From an uncultured Bacilli bacterium (GTDB lineage: Bacteria; Bacillota_I; Bacilli_A; RF39; UBA660), in NCBI GenBank assembly GCA_944358525.1, contig CALVRI010000003.1:4283-68282 (forward strand): a stretch of DNA of 64,000 nt. Direction: 5' to 3'. How positions within the stretch are numbered: the first letter of the stretch is position 1; every line of letters starts with the position of its first letter. Shown piece by piece: positions 18,063 to 27,830 of this stretch. The notes under the pieces are model-generated. The model was not told the origin of the DNA, searched no databases, and saw only the letters and a list, made by a program, of their open reading frames with translations. The translations under genes were made by a program, and so were the position numbers.

Positions 18063-20364
18063 GAAGTATATTGTTCCGAAAGGTGTTCAAGATGTAATAC
18101 CTATTCAAAAAATGTTTGAAGATGGTATATTTTTAGTAGAAACTAATAAGTATTCCAAATCTTATAAATTTACGGATATAAATTATGCTGTTGCTTCTAA
18201 AGAAGATAAGGAGGCTATGTTTCTAAAATATAGTGAAGTTTTAAATGGTTTTGATACATCTGCTACTACTAAGATTACTGTTAACAACCATTACATTAAT
18301 AAAAAAGATTTTGAAAAAAATATGTTATTGGATTATGTAAACGACGAACTAGATAATTATAGAAAAGAATATAATAATATGCTTTTAAATAAAGTTTCTC
18401 AGTTTAATAATATTATTCAGGAAAAGTATATAACTATTACTATAAATAAAAGTAGTTTAGAAGAAGCTAGAAATTATTTTAATAGAACTGAAATTGAATT
18501 ATCTAGTCGTTTATCTGAACTTGGATCTAAATGTATTCCTTTAAATGCAATTGAAAGGTTAAAAGTGTTTTATGATTTTTTTAGAATTGGAGAGGAAAAT
18601 AATTTTAATTTTGATATGCTCTCTAATATGAAAAAAGGACATAGTTTTAAGGATTATATATGTCCAGATACTTTTGAGTTTTCAGATGACTATTTTATTT
18701 TTGGAGAGAAATATGGAAGAGTATTATTCTTGAAAGAATATGCTTCTTACATAAAGGATACTATGGTATCAGAACTTACCGACATAAATAAAAATATGAT
18801 GATGAGTATTGATGTATTACCAATCCCTTTGGATGAAGCAATTCGTGAAATTGAGAGAAAACAATTAGGAGTTGAAAGTAACATTACCAATTGGCAAAGA
18901 AGGCAAAATGACAAAAATAATTTTAGTGCAATCATTCCTTATGATTTGGAGCTTCAGAGAAAAGAGAGTAAGGAGTTCTTGGAAGATTTAACTACTAGAG
19001 ATCAGAGAATGTTTTTAACTACTTTAACTATCGTTCATACAGCAGATAGTAAAAAAGAATTAGATAATGATACCGAAAGTATTTTAGCTACTGCTAGAAA
19101 ACATTTATGTCAAATTGCTACTTTAAAATGGCAACAAATGGATGGATTAAATACGGTTGTTCCTTATGGGGTGAAAAGAATTGATATTCTTAGAACTTTG
19201 ACTACTGAATCATTGGCTGTTCTAATACCTTTTAGAGTTCAAGAAATTAATCACACGCATGGGGTATACTACGGACAAAATGTTATAAGCAAAAATATGA
19301 TACTTGCTGATAGAAGTAGTTTGTTAAATGGCAACTCTTTTATTTTGGGTGTTCCTGGTAGTGGTAAGTCTTTTGCTGCAAAAAATGAAATAGTGAATAC
19401 TATGCTTAAGAATCCTAATGCAGATATAATAATTATTGATCCTGAAAGAGAATATGGAAATTTAATTAAAGCATTACATGGTGAGGTTATTAATATATCT
19501 TCTACTAGTAATAACCATATTAATGCTTTAGACCTTAATAAAGATTATGGTGATGGAGCTAACCCTGTTATTTTAAAGTCAGAATTTATTTTATCACTTT
19601 GTGAACAATTAATTGGCAAAAACAACTTAAATCCTCAAGCTAAATCAATTATTGATCGTTGTACATCTAATGTATATAGATTTTATCAGCAAGGAAATTA
19701 TCAAGGTACACCTCCAACACTTCAAGATTTTCATGAAGAATTATTGAAACAAAATGAACCTGAAGCTAAGAATATTGCTCTTGCTATTGAGTTATTTACT
19801 AATGGTAGTTTGAATACCTTTGCTAAACAAACAAATGTAGATACAAATAATAGATTAATTTGTTATGATATATTAGACCTAGGTAAACAACTTCAATCTC
19901 TTGGAATGTTGGTAATCTTAGATAGTATTTTAAATAGAATTACTAAAAATAGAGCTGAAGGAAAAACAACATTTATCTTCATCGATGAGATTTATTTATT
20001 GTTTCAACATGAGTATTCGGCAAATTTCTTATTTACCTTATGGAAAAGGGTACGTAAATATGGAGCTTGTGCGACTGGAATAACGCAAAATGTGGATGAT
20101 TTGTTACAGAGTCATGTAGCAAGAACTATGCTTTCTAACTCTGAATTTATAGTAATGCTTAATCAAGCAAGTACGGATCGTGTTGAACTTGCCAAATTAC
20201 TTAATATATCCGACTTACAAATGAGCTATATTACTAATGTAGCAGCTGGACACGGGCTTATTAAGATTGGTAGCATTTTAGTGCCTTTTGAAAATGATTT
20301 TCCTAAAGATACTAAATTATATAAATTAATGACCACTAAACCGAGTGAAACCTTAGATGTCTAA
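18019..20364 (+). CDS. VirB4-like conjugal transfer ATPase
   Basis: 781 aa. Walker A GVPGSGKSF and Walker B TFIFIDEIY. Confidence 0.9.
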   Translation: MMMRLFKRIKDVNREKYIVPKGVQDVIPIQKMFEDGIFLVETNKYSKSYKFTDINYAVASKEDKEAMFLKYSEVLNGFDTSATTKITVNNHYINKKDFEKNMLLDYVNDELDNYRKEYNNMLLNKVSQFNNIIQEKYITITINKSSLEEARNYFNRTEIELSSRLSELGSKCIPLNAIERLKVFYDFFRIGEENNFNFDMLSNMKKGHSFKDYICPDTFEFSDDYFIFGEKYGRVLFLKEYASYIKDTMVSELTDINKNMMMSIDVLPIPLDEAIREIERKQLGVESNITNWQRRQNDKNNFSAIIPYDLELQRKESKEFLEDLTTRDQRMFLTTLTIVHTADSKKELDNDTESILATARKHLCQIATLKWQQMDGLNTVVPYGVKRIDILRTLTTESLAVLIPFRVQEINHTHGVYYGQNVISKNMILADRSSLLNGNSFILGVPGSGKSFAAKNEIVNTMLKNPNADIIIIDPEREYGNLIKALHGEVINISSTSNNHINALDLNKDYGDGANPVILKSEFILSLCEQLIGKNNLNPQAKSIIDRCTSNVYRFYQQGNYQGTPPTLQDFHEELLKQNEPEAKNIALAIELFTNGSLNTFAKQTNVDTNNRLICYDILDLGKQLQSLGMLVILDSILNRITKNRAEGKTTFIFIDEIYLLFQHEYSANFLFTLWKRVRKYGACATGITQNVDDLLQSHVARTMLSNSEFIVMLNQASTDRVELAKLLNISDLQMSYITNVAAGHGLIKIGSILVPFENDFPKDTKLYKLMTTKPSETLDV

Positions 20365-21781
20365 TATAAAGGAAAAACCAAAGAAAAATATTAAATTATT
20401 CGACAAAGGTGTTATTGCTACTGAAAAAACAAAAGAGGTTTTGCAATATATAAAAAAGAAAAGTGAGCCTTCTGATGAAAATGCCAATGAGCAATCTATT
20501 GATTATTTAAAAGATGTTCATCATGTAATTTCTAAACATCAATCAAAAAAAATAGTTAAAAAGCACAAGAAAAGACTTAACGAATCAAATAATAAAATTA
20601 AAGAAGTTAGAAGAACATTTATTCCAAATAAGATTAAAAGTAAATTTCAGCCAAATGAAACTGTAAATAACCAATATAATAAAGCAAAGAATTTGGCAAG
20701 GAAAAAATTGGTGTTTAAAGGGAAGAAAACATTTAAAAAGAAACCAAAGAAAATATCTAAATTTTTTAATATGTTAAAAGTAAATTTACTAAAAATAAAA
20801 AGTATGATATTGGTATTAGGCGTATTTGGTGTCATCGCTTTAGTATTAATTTTAGTAGTGTCTTTAATTGCTTTACTAGTTAATTCTGTGTTTGGAATTT
20901 TCTTTTCTAGTGAAAGCATGGGAAATGAGAAAACTATCAGCCAAGTTGTAAATGAAATTAAAGTAGATTTAAATAATAAAATTGTTAATATTCAAAATAC
21001 TACGCCACATGATGATTATGAAATTATTTCAAACATGGCTGAATGGGAAGATGTACTTGCGCTTTATACTGTTAAAGTGGCTAATGGTAAAGTGGCAACT
21101 GAAGTTGTAACGATGGATGATAAAAAGGCTAATACTTTAAAATCTTTGTTTTGGCAGATGAATGTTATTACTTCTTCTGTTGGAGATAAAAAAGCTGAGG
21201 ATGGAAGAAATGTTAAAATGCTTACTATTAAAATAGATAGTAAAACTCCTGAAGAAGTAATGAACCAGAATATGTTTAATTTTGAACAAAAAAAGCAATA
21301 CCATGAACTTACTAATGAAAAGTATAAGTCATTATGGAAGGATGTAATCTTTGGTAAATCTTCTGGAAATAGTGATATGGTTGAAATTGCAAAAAAAGAA
21401 ATAGGAAATTTTGGTGGACAAAAATATTGGACTTGGTATGGCTTTAAATATAGGGTTGAATGGTGTGCAATATTTGTTAGTTGGGTAGCTGATCAGGCTG
21501 GAGTGATCAATAATATTGTTCCCAGGTTTTCTTCATGTGCTAATCAAGGTATTCCATGGTTTAAATCTATGTCTAAATGGAGAGATAGGGGATATGTTCC
21601 AAAGGAAGGTGACATTATCTTTTTTGATTGGGAGCAAGATGGTCATGCAGATCATGTTGGTATTGTAGAAAAAGTAGAAAATGATAAAGTTTATACTATT
21701 GAAGGTAATTCTGGTAATCAGGTAAAATCTAGAAATTATAAAATGAACAGTAAAGATATATATGGATATGGGTTGGTATAA
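20357..21781 (+). CDS. T4SS-associated peptidoglycan hydrolase with C-terminal CHAP domain
   Basis: Lys-rich N-terminus and one TM helix. CHAP motifs VEWCAIFVSW (Cys) and GHADHVGIVE (His). Confidence 0.8.
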   Translation: MSNIKEKPKKNIKLFDKGVIATEKTKEVLQYIKKKSEPSDENANEQSIDYLKDVHHVISKHQSKKIVKKHKKRLNESNNKIKEVRRTFIPNKIKSKFQPNETVNNQYNKAKNLARKKLVFKGKKTFKKKPKKISKFFNMLKVNLLKIKSMILVLGVFGVIALVLILVVSLIALLVNSVFGIFFSSESMGNEKTISQVVNEIKVDLNNKIVNIQNTTPHDDYEIISNMAEWEDVLALYTVKVANGKVATEVVTMDDKKANTLKSLFWQMNVITSSVGDKKAEDGRNVKMLTIKIDSKTPEEVMNQNMFNFEQKKQYHELTNEKYKSLWKDVIFGKSSGNSDMVEIAKKEIGNFGGQKYWTWYGFKYRVEWCAIFVSWVADQAGVINNIVPRFSSCANQGIPWFKSMSKWRDRGYVPKEGDIIFFDWEQDGHADHVGIVEKVENDKVYTIEGNSGNQVKSRNYKMNSKDIYGYGLV

Positions 21782-21805
21782 AAAGACTAAGCACTATATC
21801 AGTGC

Positions 21806-22045
21806 TTAGTCATCAAATTTATTATTAGTAAACAAAGGTGAATTAAAGAAATCTTTTATCTCTATATTTAACGTTTTACAAATTTTATATATTAAATATG
21901 AACTAGGATTTGTTACTCTATTATTGATTAATGAATTAAATGTAGTAGATGGAATGGCTGAAAGTTCTGCTAATTTATTGGGTGTTATGTTATTAATGCT
22001 ACATAATTCAATTATTCTTTTACTTATAGCTTCTCTAAATAACAT
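21806..22045 (-). CDS. XRE-family HTH transcriptional regulator
   Basis: 79 aa. ITPNKLAELSAIPSTTFNSLIN is an HTH_3-type motif. A TGcTACAAT extended -10 lies upstream on the minus strand. Confidence 0.75.
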   Translation of the reverse strand: MLFREAISKRIIELCSINNITPNKLAELSAIPSTTFNSLINNRVTNPSSYLIYKICKTLNIEIKDFFNSPLFTNNKFDD

Positions 22046-22087
22046 TTTATCACCTCATATATAAAAATTGTAGCAAAATGATAAAAA

Positions 22088-22115
22088 AAATATTTTCCGA
22101 TTTCGGAAAATATTT
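22088..22115 (-). terminator. perfect 13-bp inverted repeat; terminator of the upstream XRE gene and/or operator
   Basis: aaatattttccga-tt-tcggaaaatattt. On the minus strand it is followed by a T-run (the A8 at 22083-22090). Confidence 0.55.
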
Positions 22116-22164
22116 GTTGACCGTTATAATTTATCATGTTAAAATGTATATGTTTAAGAATAAT

Positions 22165-22407
22165 TTAAAAGCCACGTTTTAATTGATCTATTGTATAAAG
22201 TTTGCCATTTATTTTAAAACACATTTCCGTGTTGCATAAATCACAAATTTTATAAAAAGTTTCTATATTAGGTTTTTTTACTTCACGTTCATAAGCAGAT
22301 ATAGCAGTTCTATCAATGCCAATCTTTTTTGCGAGTGCTTCTTGGGTTATTCCAAATCTATTTCTAATGTTTTTAATAATTGCTCCATAAGGTATTTTAT
22401 TATTCAT
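22165..22407 (-). CDS. XRE-family HTH transcriptional regulator (candidate ICE repressor)
   Basis: 80 aa. RFGITQEALAKKIGIDRTAISAYEREVKKPN is a classic HTH_3 motif. Divergent from the 22517 operon. Confidence 0.8.
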   Translation of the reverse strand: MNNKIPYGAIIKNIRNRFGITQEALAKKIGIDRTAISAYEREVKKPNIETFYKICDLCNTEMCFKINGKLYTIDQLKRGF

Positions 22408-22430
22408 GTATAATCACCTACGAAAATTAT

Positions 22431-22474
22431 TTCAAAATATTATTTTTTTGTCATATAATGAGACTCGAGGTCTC
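22431..22474 (+). promoter_or_regulatory. sigma-A-type promoter with overlapping inverted repeat (candidate operator)
   Basis: TTCAAA (22431-22436), 17 nt, TATAAT (22454-22459). This is immediately followed by gagac-tcgag-gtctc (22460-22474). Confidence 0.45.
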
Positions 22475-22516
22475 TAAAAGTTTGTAGTATGTTGTAAATT
22501 TTAGTGAAAGGAAGAG

Positions 22517-23623
22517 ATGTTAATGACCACAAGAAATGATATTTTGCAACTATTGCGAACAAAAAACAGTAATTGTATAGAGAATAAAAGAGTAATCGTA
22601 GAATTGGTAAAAAATGGTGATATTGATAAATTGATATCTAAAATTATGGATGGTAAATTAGTAAAACTTATTAATTTTAAATTGTTTGAAAAGAAACATT
22701 TAAATTGTATTGAACAATTTGTAGTTAATTTAGATGCCTTTATTAGTTATTATAGTGAGCAATTATTGGTTGGAGAGAGTTACCAATATGTATTGGCTTC
22801 TATATTTTTAAAAAGTAAATATTCTCATGTATTATTATCAAAAAGATTTATTTATGATGGCGGTGATAATCAGCAATATTATTATTCAAATTTTAAAAAA
22901 ATGATGACTGAACAATTTTTAAGGAATCTAATGATTATGAGAATTTATATATATAAGTATTTAAAAAATACAAATATATATTTGGAACGATTAAATTATA
23001 GTGATAAAAGTTATAATTTAGTATTTGAATTATTAGTATCCTTGTTTTTGACTAATAGATCAAATCTACTTGTTATTATTTCTAATATGTTAATGAATAT
23101 ACGTAAAAATTATATTTTTAATAATAAACAAAATGATGAATACTTAAGAAATTTAGGAATTATATGGCAGAGCGTTTTTGAAAATTTTCAAGATAAGTTT
23201 TATTATGTTTATCATTTAAATTCTATGAAATATTTAAAGTATGTGAAGGAAAATAATATAGTAAATAATAACTTTTATAATATTTTGCTGAGAGTTAAAA
23301 GTGTTTCTAGTGATAGAATACAGACAATGGTTGTGGATACAATGAAAAACATAATTTCTGAAACTAATCCATTATATATAAAATCATTAACTAAACGTAT
23401 TATTATCAATTATTATGATATTAAAGTCTGTGAAGAAAAAGGTAATGTAATTTTATCTACATTGTGCTTTGATGATGGCACAAGTTTAGAGCGTAGAAGT
23501 TTAATGTATTCTATTTGTAATAATGGGTATGTTGCAGGTTATATATTATTTATACTTCCTAACAATTTTAATAAAGAAGATAGGCGATATATTAATATTA
23601 TTTTAGGAGAAGTTGGTAATTAA
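22517..23623 (+). CDS. hypothetical 368-aa soluble protein (first gene of coupled 4-gene module)
   Basis: AGGAAG RBS. Predicted to be mostly helical, with no motif I can name. The stop overlaps the next start (TAATG). Confidence 0.5.
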   Translation: MLMTTRNDILQLLRTKNSNCIENKRVIVELVKNGDIDKLISKIMDGKLVKLINFKLFEKKHLNCIEQFVVNLDAFISYYSEQLLVGESYQYVLASIFLKSKYSHVLLSKRFIYDGGDNQQYYYSNFKKMMTEQFLRNLMIMRIYIYKYLKNTNIYLERLNYSDKSYNLVFELLVSLFLTNRSNLLVIISNMLMNIRKNYIFNNKQNDEYLRNLGIIWQSVFENFQDKFYYVYHLNSMKYLKYVKENNIVNNNFYNILLRVKSVSSDRIQTMVVDTMKNIISETNPLYIKSLTKRIIINYYDIKVCEEKGNVILSTLCFDDGTSLERRSLMYSICNNGYVAGYILFILPNNFNKEDRRYINIILGEVGN

Positions 23624-23865
23624 TGATAAATTTTATAAAAAATGAAAATATAAAAATACTTAAACGAGGAGAATTTAAAAACAAATCATTTTGTTTAATT
23701 GCAGTTAGTAGTGATACGCAAGAACAATATATAATTTTATTAAATAGTAATCGAAATAGTGGTGATGGATACTTGTATGATAGTTTGGAAGAAGCCCAAA
23801 AAGATTTTACTTTGTTATTACACGGTGAATCTTTAGAAAAGAAAGTTGGGATGGATATAATATAA
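23623..23865 (+). CDS. hypothetical 80-aa protein
   Basis: TAATG overlaps at both ends. No motif. Confidence 0.45.
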   Translation: MINFIKNENIKILKRGEFKNKSFCLIAVSSDTQEQYIILLNSNRNSGDGYLYDSLEEAQKDFTLLLHGESLEKKVGMDII

Positions 23866-24167
23866 TGTTATTAAATAGCGAAACAATGTATAGTAATAAT
23901 TTATTAAATTCTTTATCGGCTGTTTTTGTAATTATATTTTTATTGGTTATTGTATTACTAATTGCACTTATTATATATTTAATATTATATTTAAAATATA
24001 ATGGTATACAGCATGTGTTTTATAGAGGTTATAAAATATATTATGACTATGATTTAGAAAAAAATTATAAAATTATTAGTTTACAAAATTTTATAATTTT
24101 AAATTTAAAAATAAAGTTATTATTTTTAAAAGTATGTTCGGTTTTTAGAAGGTGGAAAAGAAAATGA
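23865..24167 (+). CDS. hypothetical small membrane protein
   Basis: 100 aa with one strong TM helix (AVFVIIFLLVIVLLIALIIYLILYL) and a basic C-terminus. Confidence 0.4.
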   Translation: MLLNSETMYSNNLLNSLSAVFVIIFLLVIVLLIALIIYLILYLKYNGIQHVFYRGYKIYYDYDLEKNYKIISLQNFIILNLKIKLLFLKVCSVFRRWKRK

Positions 24168-24427
24168 TTACAAATATAATTAGTGTAATATTAGTTTTAA
24201 TATGTATTTGTTTGGGTACAATATTGGTTGTTTTTTTGTTAAGAAAAATTTTTGGTAGTTTGGAAGAAAAATCCGAAGAAAATTCAAAAGAACATATAAG
24301 AATAGCTTTACAGATATTTGAACAAGAACTTAACAGAACAAAGATTGAAATAAATAAAAACGCTTTAACAATTAAATTTTTAAATAAAGAAATCAATCGC
24401 TTAAAAAAATGTAGAATAGTAATATAA
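24164..24427 (+). CDS. hypothetical small membrane protein with coiled-coil tail
   Basis: The ATG at 24164 lies 8 nt after AGAAGGTGG and overlaps the upstream stop (ATGA). There is an N-terminal TM helix, then a charged helical region. Confidence 0.45.
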   Translation: MITNIISVILVLICICLGTILVVFLLRKIFGSLEEKSEENSKEHIRIALQIFEQELNRTKIEINKNALTIKFLNKEINRLKKCRIVI

Positions 24428-24479
24428 TTTTGTTTTATTAATTATTTGAAAAAAAATCAATTAATAAATTTTATTTTTG

Positions 24480-24508
24480 TTGCTTCTTAGTTAAGTTTAT
24501 GGTAAAAT
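24480..24508 (+). promoter_or_regulatory. candidate promoter of the cargo operon
   Basis: TTGCTT (24480-24485), 17 nt, and the extended -10 TGgTAAAAT (24500-24508), 35 nt upstream of ugd. Confidence 0.45.
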
Positions 24509-24542
24509 ATGGAACAATTAAATGGTTTAGGGGTGTATTTAT

Positions 24543-25859
24543 ATGAAGATAACGGTTTCTGGAGTAGGCTATGTTGGTTTGGTAACCGGCATAGCCTTGT
24601 CTCATATTGGGCATAAAGTAACCTGTATTGATGTTGATAAAGAAAAAATTGCAAAGTTGAAACGTGGAATTTCTCCTATTTACGAACAGAATTTAGAAAA
24701 ATTGATGAATGAAAATAAGGATAGATTAGAGTATACACTTGATTATAAAAGTGCTTATAAAAATCCAGATGTAATTATTATATGTGTTGGTACTCCTGAA
24801 AAGGAAGATGGATCTGCCAATTTGGATTATATTTATTCAGTATGTGAACAAATTGCTGAATCATTAGAAAAAGATTGTGTTGTTGTTTTAAAATCAACGG
24901 TGCCGATTGGAACTAATGATGAAATCGAAAAAAAGCTAAATAATGCAGTAAAAGATGGTATTAAGGTATATGTTGTCAGTAATCCTGAATTTTTATCACA
25001 AGGAACAGCTGTACATGATACTTTATATGCTTCAAGAATTGTTGTAGGCACGGAAAATGAATATGCGGCTAATGTGATGAGAAAATTATATGAGCCATTA
25101 ACTAAAGAACCTTATAACGTTCCTTATTTACATACTTTAAGAAAAAGTGCTGAAATGATTAAATATGCCTCTAATGATTTCTTGGCTTTAAAAATATCTT
25201 ATATTAATGAGATAGCTAATTTATGCAAGAAATTAGGAGCTAATATTGAGGAAGTTTCAAAAGGTATGGGATTGGATCCAAGAATTGGTAAAAGTTTCTT
25301 AAAGGCGGGAATAGGCTATGGAGGGTCATGTTTTCCAAAAGATACAAAAGCATTACATTGGTTAAGTGTCATAAATGGCATTGAATTGAAAACGATTAAA
25401 GCCTGTATTGCAGTAAACGAATCGCAAAAATTAATTTTATTTAATCAATTGAAAAATGACTTGGGTGATTTACATGGTAAAACAATAGCTATATTGGGAT
25501 TAACATTTAAACCGAATACAGATGATTTACGTGACGCTCCTTCTATTATTAATATAAAAGAATTATTACGTTCTGGAGCTAATGTTAAAGCATATAATCC
25601 TGTCGGAATTAATAATTTTAAAAATAATCTTAAAAAGTTTGGTATAAATAGTGATAGTAATCTTTTATTTTATGAATCTATAGACGATACTATCAGAGAC
25701 GCTGACGCTGTAATGATAATGACAGAATGGCCAAGTATAGTAAATTATGATATAGCAAAATATAAAAAACTTATGACAGAGCCGAGAATATATGATGGAA
25801 GAAATTGTTATAAGTTAGAAGATATGGAAGATATGTTATATTTTTCGATAGGTAGGTAA
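24543..25859 (+). CDS. ugd: UDP-glucose 6-dehydrogenase
   Basis: N-terminal VSGVGYVGLVTG Rossmann motif, catalytic GYGGSCFPKD, and GLTFKPNTDDLRDAP. Confidence 0.9.
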   Translation: MKITVSGVGYVGLVTGIALSHIGHKVTCIDVDKEKIAKLKRGISPIYEQNLEKLMNENKDRLEYTLDYKSAYKNPDVIIICVGTPEKEDGSANLDYIYSVCEQIAESLEKDCVVVLKSTVPIGTNDEIEKKLNNAVKDGIKVYVVSNPEFLSQGTAVHDTLYASRIVVGTENEYAANVMRKLYEPLTKEPYNVPYLHTLRKSAEMIKYASNDFLALKISYINEIANLCKKLGANIEEVSKGMGLDPRIGKSFLKAGIGYGGSCFPKDTKALHWLSVINGIELKTIKACIAVNESQKLILFNQLKNDLGDLHGKTIAILGLTFKPNTDDLRDAPSIINIKELLRSGANVKAYNPVGINNFKNNLKKFGINSDSNLLFYESIDDTIRDADAVMIMTEWPSIVNYDIAKYKKLMTEPRIYDGRNCYKLEDMEDMLYFSIGR

Positions 25860-25861
25860 TT

Positions 25862-27007
25862 ATGAAAAAGTTTAAATATAATTTAAAGAAAATATTGAAA
25901 TTTTTGCCAATATCAATAAGGTCATTTGTTTTAGAACATTGGTCTATATTTTATCTTGATGATTATAAAAGGGTAAAATCAAAAATAGATTGTTATGTAC
26001 CTTTATATACCAAATTCGATTCTTTAAAAAGTACAAAAGATTTATTGAAAAAAATCGCTTTTTCTGGTAGAAAAGGAATTATTACTTGTGAACATTTTTG
26101 TAATGAACAAATAAGACAAATTACAGATAATAACTTAAAAAATAGTAATTTAATTGTTGTTTGCGTTGTAAAAAATGAACTAGGCAGAATTGTAAGATGG
26201 TTAGACTATTATAGAAAAATGGGTGTAAAAGCATTTGCTATTTTTGATGATAATTCTGATGATGGTACAAGAGAGTATTTACTTAAACAACCTGATGTAG
26301 AAGTGTTTGTAGGAACTCATGACTATACAACTATTGATAAAATTGTTTGGGTAAATATGATTATTGCAATATATGGTTATAATAAGTGGTATTTAATTGT
26401 TGATTCTGATGAACTTTTTACTTATAAAAATATGGAAAATATTAAAATAGATAAATATGTAAAAACATTAAAAAGTAAGCATGTGTTTATAGAATCAACT
26501 ATAATGTTAGATATGTATTCTGATAGCAATATTTTTAGTATTTCTAGTAATGATAATTACGAAAAGAAATGTTGTTATTTTGATAATTCTGGATATTATA
26601 TAAAGCAAACTTCTGAAGCAAATTATATTGTAGGTGGAGTTAGAAAAAGAATTTTTAATAATACAAATTTTCAATGCTTACCAGTATTATCAAAAAAGGC
26701 TTTAATGTTTATGACTAAAAATACATTTGTTTATACTGCTCATACAATTTATCCTTTTAAATATAATTATTTTTGTAATGTTACCTCAGTATTAAGACAT
26801 TATAAATTTTTAAAGGAAGATTATAAAAATTATGCTGAAAGAGTAGCTAAAAATAATTTTTATAATGCTAGTTCAGAATATAAAGCATATTTGGATTTAT
26901 ATAATAAAAACACTTTAATTAATTTAAAAACTTCAAAATCACTTAAATGGAAAGACTCAAATAGTATAAATAAAATAGAAGTTAGTGATAAAACAATTAC
27001 AAAGTAG
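25862..27007 (+). CDS. glycosyltransferase family 2-like protein (Glyco_tranf_2_4 type)
   Basis: VVCVVKNELGRIVRWLDYYRKMGVKAFAIFDDNSDDGT and VDSDELF (DxD). Confidence 0.6.
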   Translation: MKKFKYNLKKILKFLPISIRSFVLEHWSIFYLDDYKRVKSKIDCYVPLYTKFDSLKSTKDLLKKIAFSGRKGIITCEHFCNEQIRQITDNNLKNSNLIVVCVVKNELGRIVRWLDYYRKMGVKAFAIFDDNSDDGTREYLLKQPDVEVFVGTHDYTTIDKIVWVNMIIAIYGYNKWYLIVDSDELFTYKNMENIKIDKYVKTLKSKHVFIESTIMLDMYSDSNIFSISSNDNYEKKCCYFDNSGYYIKQTSEANYIVGGVRKRIFNNTNFQCLPVLSKKALMFMTKNTFVYTAHTIYPFKYNYFCNVTSVLRHYKFLKEDYKNYAERVAKNNFYNASSEYKAYLDLYNKNTLINLKTSKSLKWKDSNSINKIEVSDKTITK

Positions 27008-27041
27008 GTTATTGCTTTAATTTGTAAAGGGGGGATATATT

Positions 27042-27824
27042 TTGAAACAGAATTATATTATTGGAAATAATATTTTATCAATAATATGTGATAATGTTGA
27101 AATATATCAAAGACTCAACAAGTGGCTTATTACTTTTAAAACAATTGATATTGAACAAAAAAGTAATTTGCTTGTTATTAATAAATCTGTAATACGATTA
27201 ATTTTAAATAATAAGGAAATTTTAAATATAAAATTAGAATCAACTGACTTGTATCCAATTGTCATGAATGCAATATCAAATTTAATTAATAATGACAATA
27301 ATATTGTATTGCATTCATCAGTTATTAGTAAAAATGGATATGGAATATTGATCTTGGGGACATTTGGATCAGGTAAGACTAATTTATCTTTGGCAGCTGA
27401 AAAACGTGGTTATAAAATAAATTCTGCAGATTTTAGCTGGTTAACAGTTCAAAGTCAAAAACTATATTTAGAAAAAGGTTCTTGTTATTTAAAATACGGG
27501 TCAAAAGAAAGATTTTTATCAGATAAAGATTGTAATTCAAAGATTAACATTAAAATGGTTATATATTTAATCGGTGCTTGTGATGGTGATAAATTTAAAG
27601 CAGATAAGGTTGAGAATTACAAACATATTATTAAACGTATTTTTCCATTTGCTAATTGGCATAGTAGTATGCCATTAATAGGAGAGAATATAGAATTACC
27701 AATAAACAATATGTATATTAAAACTTTTTTAATGAATTTTTCAAAATTAGATATAGATTTTTTGCTTGTTAGAGGTGACTCAAACAAGCTAATTTCTATG
27801 ATTGATGATAAAATAATTATATAG
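27042..27824 (+). CDS. HPr-kinase C-terminal-domain-like P-loop protein (paralogue 1)
   Basis: LHSSVISKNGYGILILGTFGSGKTNLSLAAEKRGYKINSADFSWL parallels the HprK core lHg..v...G.GvLi.G.SG.GKSe.AL.L..rGh.LvaDD. TTG start after AAGGGGGG. Confidence 0.55.
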   Translation: MKQNYIIGNNILSIICDNVEIYQRLNKWLITFKTIDIEQKSNLLVINKSVIRLILNNKEILNIKLESTDLYPIVMNAISNLINNDNNIVLHSSVISKNGYGILILGTFGSGKTNLSLAAEKRGYKINSADFSWLTVQSQKLYLEKGSCYLKYGSKERFLSDKDCNSKINIKMVIYLIGACDGDKFKADKVENYKHIIKRIFPFANWHSSMPLIGENIELPINNMYIKTFLMNFSKLDIDFLLVRGDSNKLISMIDDKIII

Positions 27825-27830
27825 AGGTAG

